Position numbers and translations under genes: made by a program. The notes beneath the pieces were generated by a model. That model saw only the letters and a program-made list of their open reading frames with translations. It was not told the DNA's origin and made no database searches. Positions 60,901 to 64,000 of a stretch of DNA of 64,000 bases are shown here, in pieces; the first letter of the stretch is position 1, and the number at the start of each line of letters is the position of its first letter. Origin of the DNA: Tubulanus polymorphus (lineage: Eukaryota; Animalia; Nemertea); assembly GCF_964204645.1 (NCBI RefSeq), contig NC_134027.1:2574485-2638484 (forward strand). The letters are read 5' to 3'.

Positions 60901-63900
60901 TAATCTCGGATCTAAAAGTGGAGAAATAATTACCAATCTTCATACGTGCTGCATACATGTGCGCAATTTCCACGAAAACTTGGGTAAGTAATAAAGGGAA
61001 ATGTTGCTAATGGCGTCGTGAAGAGGACAAAAGGCCTAGTTCTGTCAACACTCATCTGGATAATCCAGCCTTGCGTCCTACAGTATTAATAAAACCAATA
61101 ATCCTCGCACCAAAAACTACTAAACGTTGAAAGAGAAAAAAACATTGGCATTGATGCAGCTGAAAAACTAGCTATATATATTTTTCCTTTGATGGTTATA
61201 GTGTCGTTGACATGGTTAAAATTCATACGATTTGTCTTCACTTGGAGTACGGTTTAAAGACAGACAGTTAAGGTATCATGTCGACCAAATATTCACTTTC
61301 ATCGCCATTTATTTTTGTGTCTTTTGAAATAATCTTCAAAGTTTTCAACGTCAAAATACTTTAAAAAACTCTTCGATCGATTCTGTCTCCCTCGACATCA
61401 AACCATTATCAATTAATGAGTAAATTGGTACCAAAATAGTAAAATTGAATAGCCCAGGGCCGTTTTTCGTTCGTCGATAACTACTATAACGTACTTCAAT
61501 TATCAGGGGCGTGCCTAAATTAACAACAGAAAATCTTATTTTCTATTTACTTCTTTTCATTTCGCTTATTCTTTGAATTGCCATATTATTTCATTGTTTT
61601 GATCACGGAAAAAGTAATGCCAGACAATAATAAGATTACTTACAACTAGGGTTCTAGTCTGGCCGAATATGGTGTACACAGTCAATTTCGAGGCCTATAG
61701 AGCAGCGATGGAAATATATCGATGATTGCGGCCGCGGTATTTAGACTAGACCGATCTTTATTAACGGATATATAGCTAGTTTCTTTTGTAGCACTGCTAA
61801 GATCAATTTATCAGCGAGGAGAGGGAACTCTCATGCGAAGAGTAGGCTAACGATAGAAAGTACGTATTACTTGACTTGTCATCGCCGTCGTCGTAGAGTT
61901 TCCCGCTCAGCCTCTCTGTATGAAACGACTGAGGCCTCGAACACGATGCGCAAAGCTCTTTTTATAATGAAGATTTATGGAAGATTATTTACGATAATTA
62001 AACATCATAAGATTGGCTTATGATTCCGAGTGCTTTAACGTTTGACAATTGACAGATTGTCAAATAATATTTCCGCATCAGGAAGCAACTGCACAATATC
62101 GGAATCGGAGAGGAGGATTATCAACAGTTATAAAATCAGTGCTTCCTGCGCAATTCTTTTTTTGGCATAAAACAAAATTAACATTAAGTTTAGAACTAGA
62201 ATTCACCAACGATAAAAACATTTACATACAAGGGTTTTAAATCTCGCGGCCAACAATTTCATCTGCCGGTGTTAACTTTAGTAGAGTTAACACCATAAAA
62301 CCGGCCCCTGAATTTCTATGCATATTTTTGTCTCTGAATGTTGGATATATGAACCTACGTTTCCAGAGAAACTTATTGATAATCTGATTGTAGAAGGATC
62401 TATATATATGATTGGAAATCGGCAAAATTGTATTTGATTCTTGTTAGTTTTCTATCGGAGGTGTGCAATACGATACGCGATAAGTGTCGTACGAAACCAT
62501 TAAGATGAAAGTAGCTCGTCGCTTGTTATTTCTCACAAATCAATGTAAAATTGACATTCGCTCGTGTCCTGTAATAACCGCACGATAAAAGAAACCTCGC
62601 GAAAAACGGTCATTATCAAGATCAATTATTAAATCGTATAAACCGAATAAAACGGCTCCCGATGCGAACAGAATATTGCTTACATTTCTAGAAGTGATAA
62701 CGCACATAACCATATCATTCATAAACACAGTATATAGCTATTCGGGGAGGTCTTTCTGATTTATTGCATAATCTATACAGTAACAAGTAGTAAATGTAAA
62801 TAAGAGTTGTATAATGTTTTGTAGATATGACTACCATTTCCCAGTCCACTGAGGCAGTTTACCCACCAGTGGTATATTTCAGCTAAGCGTCCACTTGAAT
62901 TTCTGATGCCGTAGTGATTCTTAAGGTGTCATTAAACTTTCAGATAGTTTTGTTTTGTTATTCTACGCAAGCTTGCCACCCGTGAAGTGCTAAAACAGCA
63001 ATGTAATGATGCTTATTCGCCACTTGATTGCGTTGTATTGCAAAAAGTATATTGCATTTGCATCCAAGTTATCATAGAATATATCTGTTTATTCTTTCAT
63101 TGTATCGCTGATGCAATTCATAAATAATTCAGCGGACCTATTTTTTTGAAATTATCTATGAAAACCAACAAAGGACAAAATCGATTCGGAGTAATATCAC
63201 CGTACAAACGGTTCTCTAAAACGAGTAATACGACAAAAAGTTCGAATGGGATTTCCATGTTGGGATTTAGCCGATGAAGTCTGATAAGCGTTCACCGTTG
63301 TTAAGATGCAGCATCAACCCGACAAGTGAAACTAGTGAACATTTTTTCCAAACTCTTCTATCAGTTTATCCGGGAGCTTTCGTAGCGGCGGCGAAATAAC
63401 CCGGATGTAATCGGCATACTCGCGGTGTACATAAACGGACGCGAGCCAGTAAGAGTAGTAACTCATCACTGCAACACGCGCGCTGATGACACCCAGTGGA
63501 ACATGACGCTTTCAGTTTTGTCCTTTTGTGCACGGGATTAATTTCGAGACGAACACACAAAACATTTCGTCGATTTCACTCGAATTTTTCCAATAATTCT
63601 GGTTTATTAGGTAAGTTAAACCGCTTTTAACTCCGAAAGTCGATTTATTTACGAATTGTTTAATGATGGTGAAACTGCTTTCATCAAAAACGCATATGAT
63701 GAATTTATGCAGAACGGTGAAAGCATTTATCAGTTTAGATTCTCCGGCGATGCTTCGTGGTGACATTCCCCAGCTCAACTTGAAACATGAGCTGCGTGTT
63801 TTTTCTACTTCATCCATTTTCTTAAGAAATGCGAGTTTTATTTTCTGTAAATTGCTATAGCATTAGAACTGTACCTAACGTATACTCAAATACTGATCTT

Positions 63901-64000
63901 AAACCGAAATATCTTTCATGAATGTTGGGTATATGTACTTCAGTACTTTCAACACTTTACGAAGTTAGTCTTTATCGAAAATGAAGACGCTTAAAAGGTA

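Noticed and set aside
63290-63340. CTGATAAG...GAAACTAG hammerhead-like motif
   Set aside because: The core deviates (CUGAUAA) and stems I and II do not form convincingly.
1-64000. Prokaryotic systems (CRISPR, operons, defence islands) and conserved miRNA hairpins
   Set aside because: The sequence is spliceosomal-intron-rich animal DNA with no repeat-spacer array; only partial seed-like matches to known miRNAs were seen, with no full mature sequence.

Overview
AT-rich, gene-dense eukaryotic DNA from an invertebrate animal, with mostly 60-120 bp GT-AG introns, so the ORF track shows only exon fragments. Gene order: about 13 kb with no recognisable exon (apparently one very large CPSF1 intron), the 5' third of CPSF1 (-), ER cyclophilin/PPIB-like (+, head-to-head with CPSF1), a 4-TM MARVEL-domain gene (-), ARPC4 (-), tRNA-Ile(AAT) (+), USP10 (-), and the giant ciliary gene CFAP54 (+, head-to-head with USP10, RFX X-box in the promoter). 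The last 9 kb has no identifiable coding sequence. Most notable: an intact intronless NAPE-PLD ORF nested on the same strand inside a CFAP54 intron; a palindromic Penelope-type insert with two minimal hammerhead ribozymes that duplicated a CPSF1 splice donor; further decayed hammerhead palindromes in CFAP54 introns; a U12-type intron in the USP10 catalytic Cys box; isolated perfect Pol III B-boxes upstream of both CFAP54 and NAPE-PLD; and a cassette of frame-symmetric mini-exons in CFAP54. All calls come from manual reading and recalled family motifs; no searches were run.
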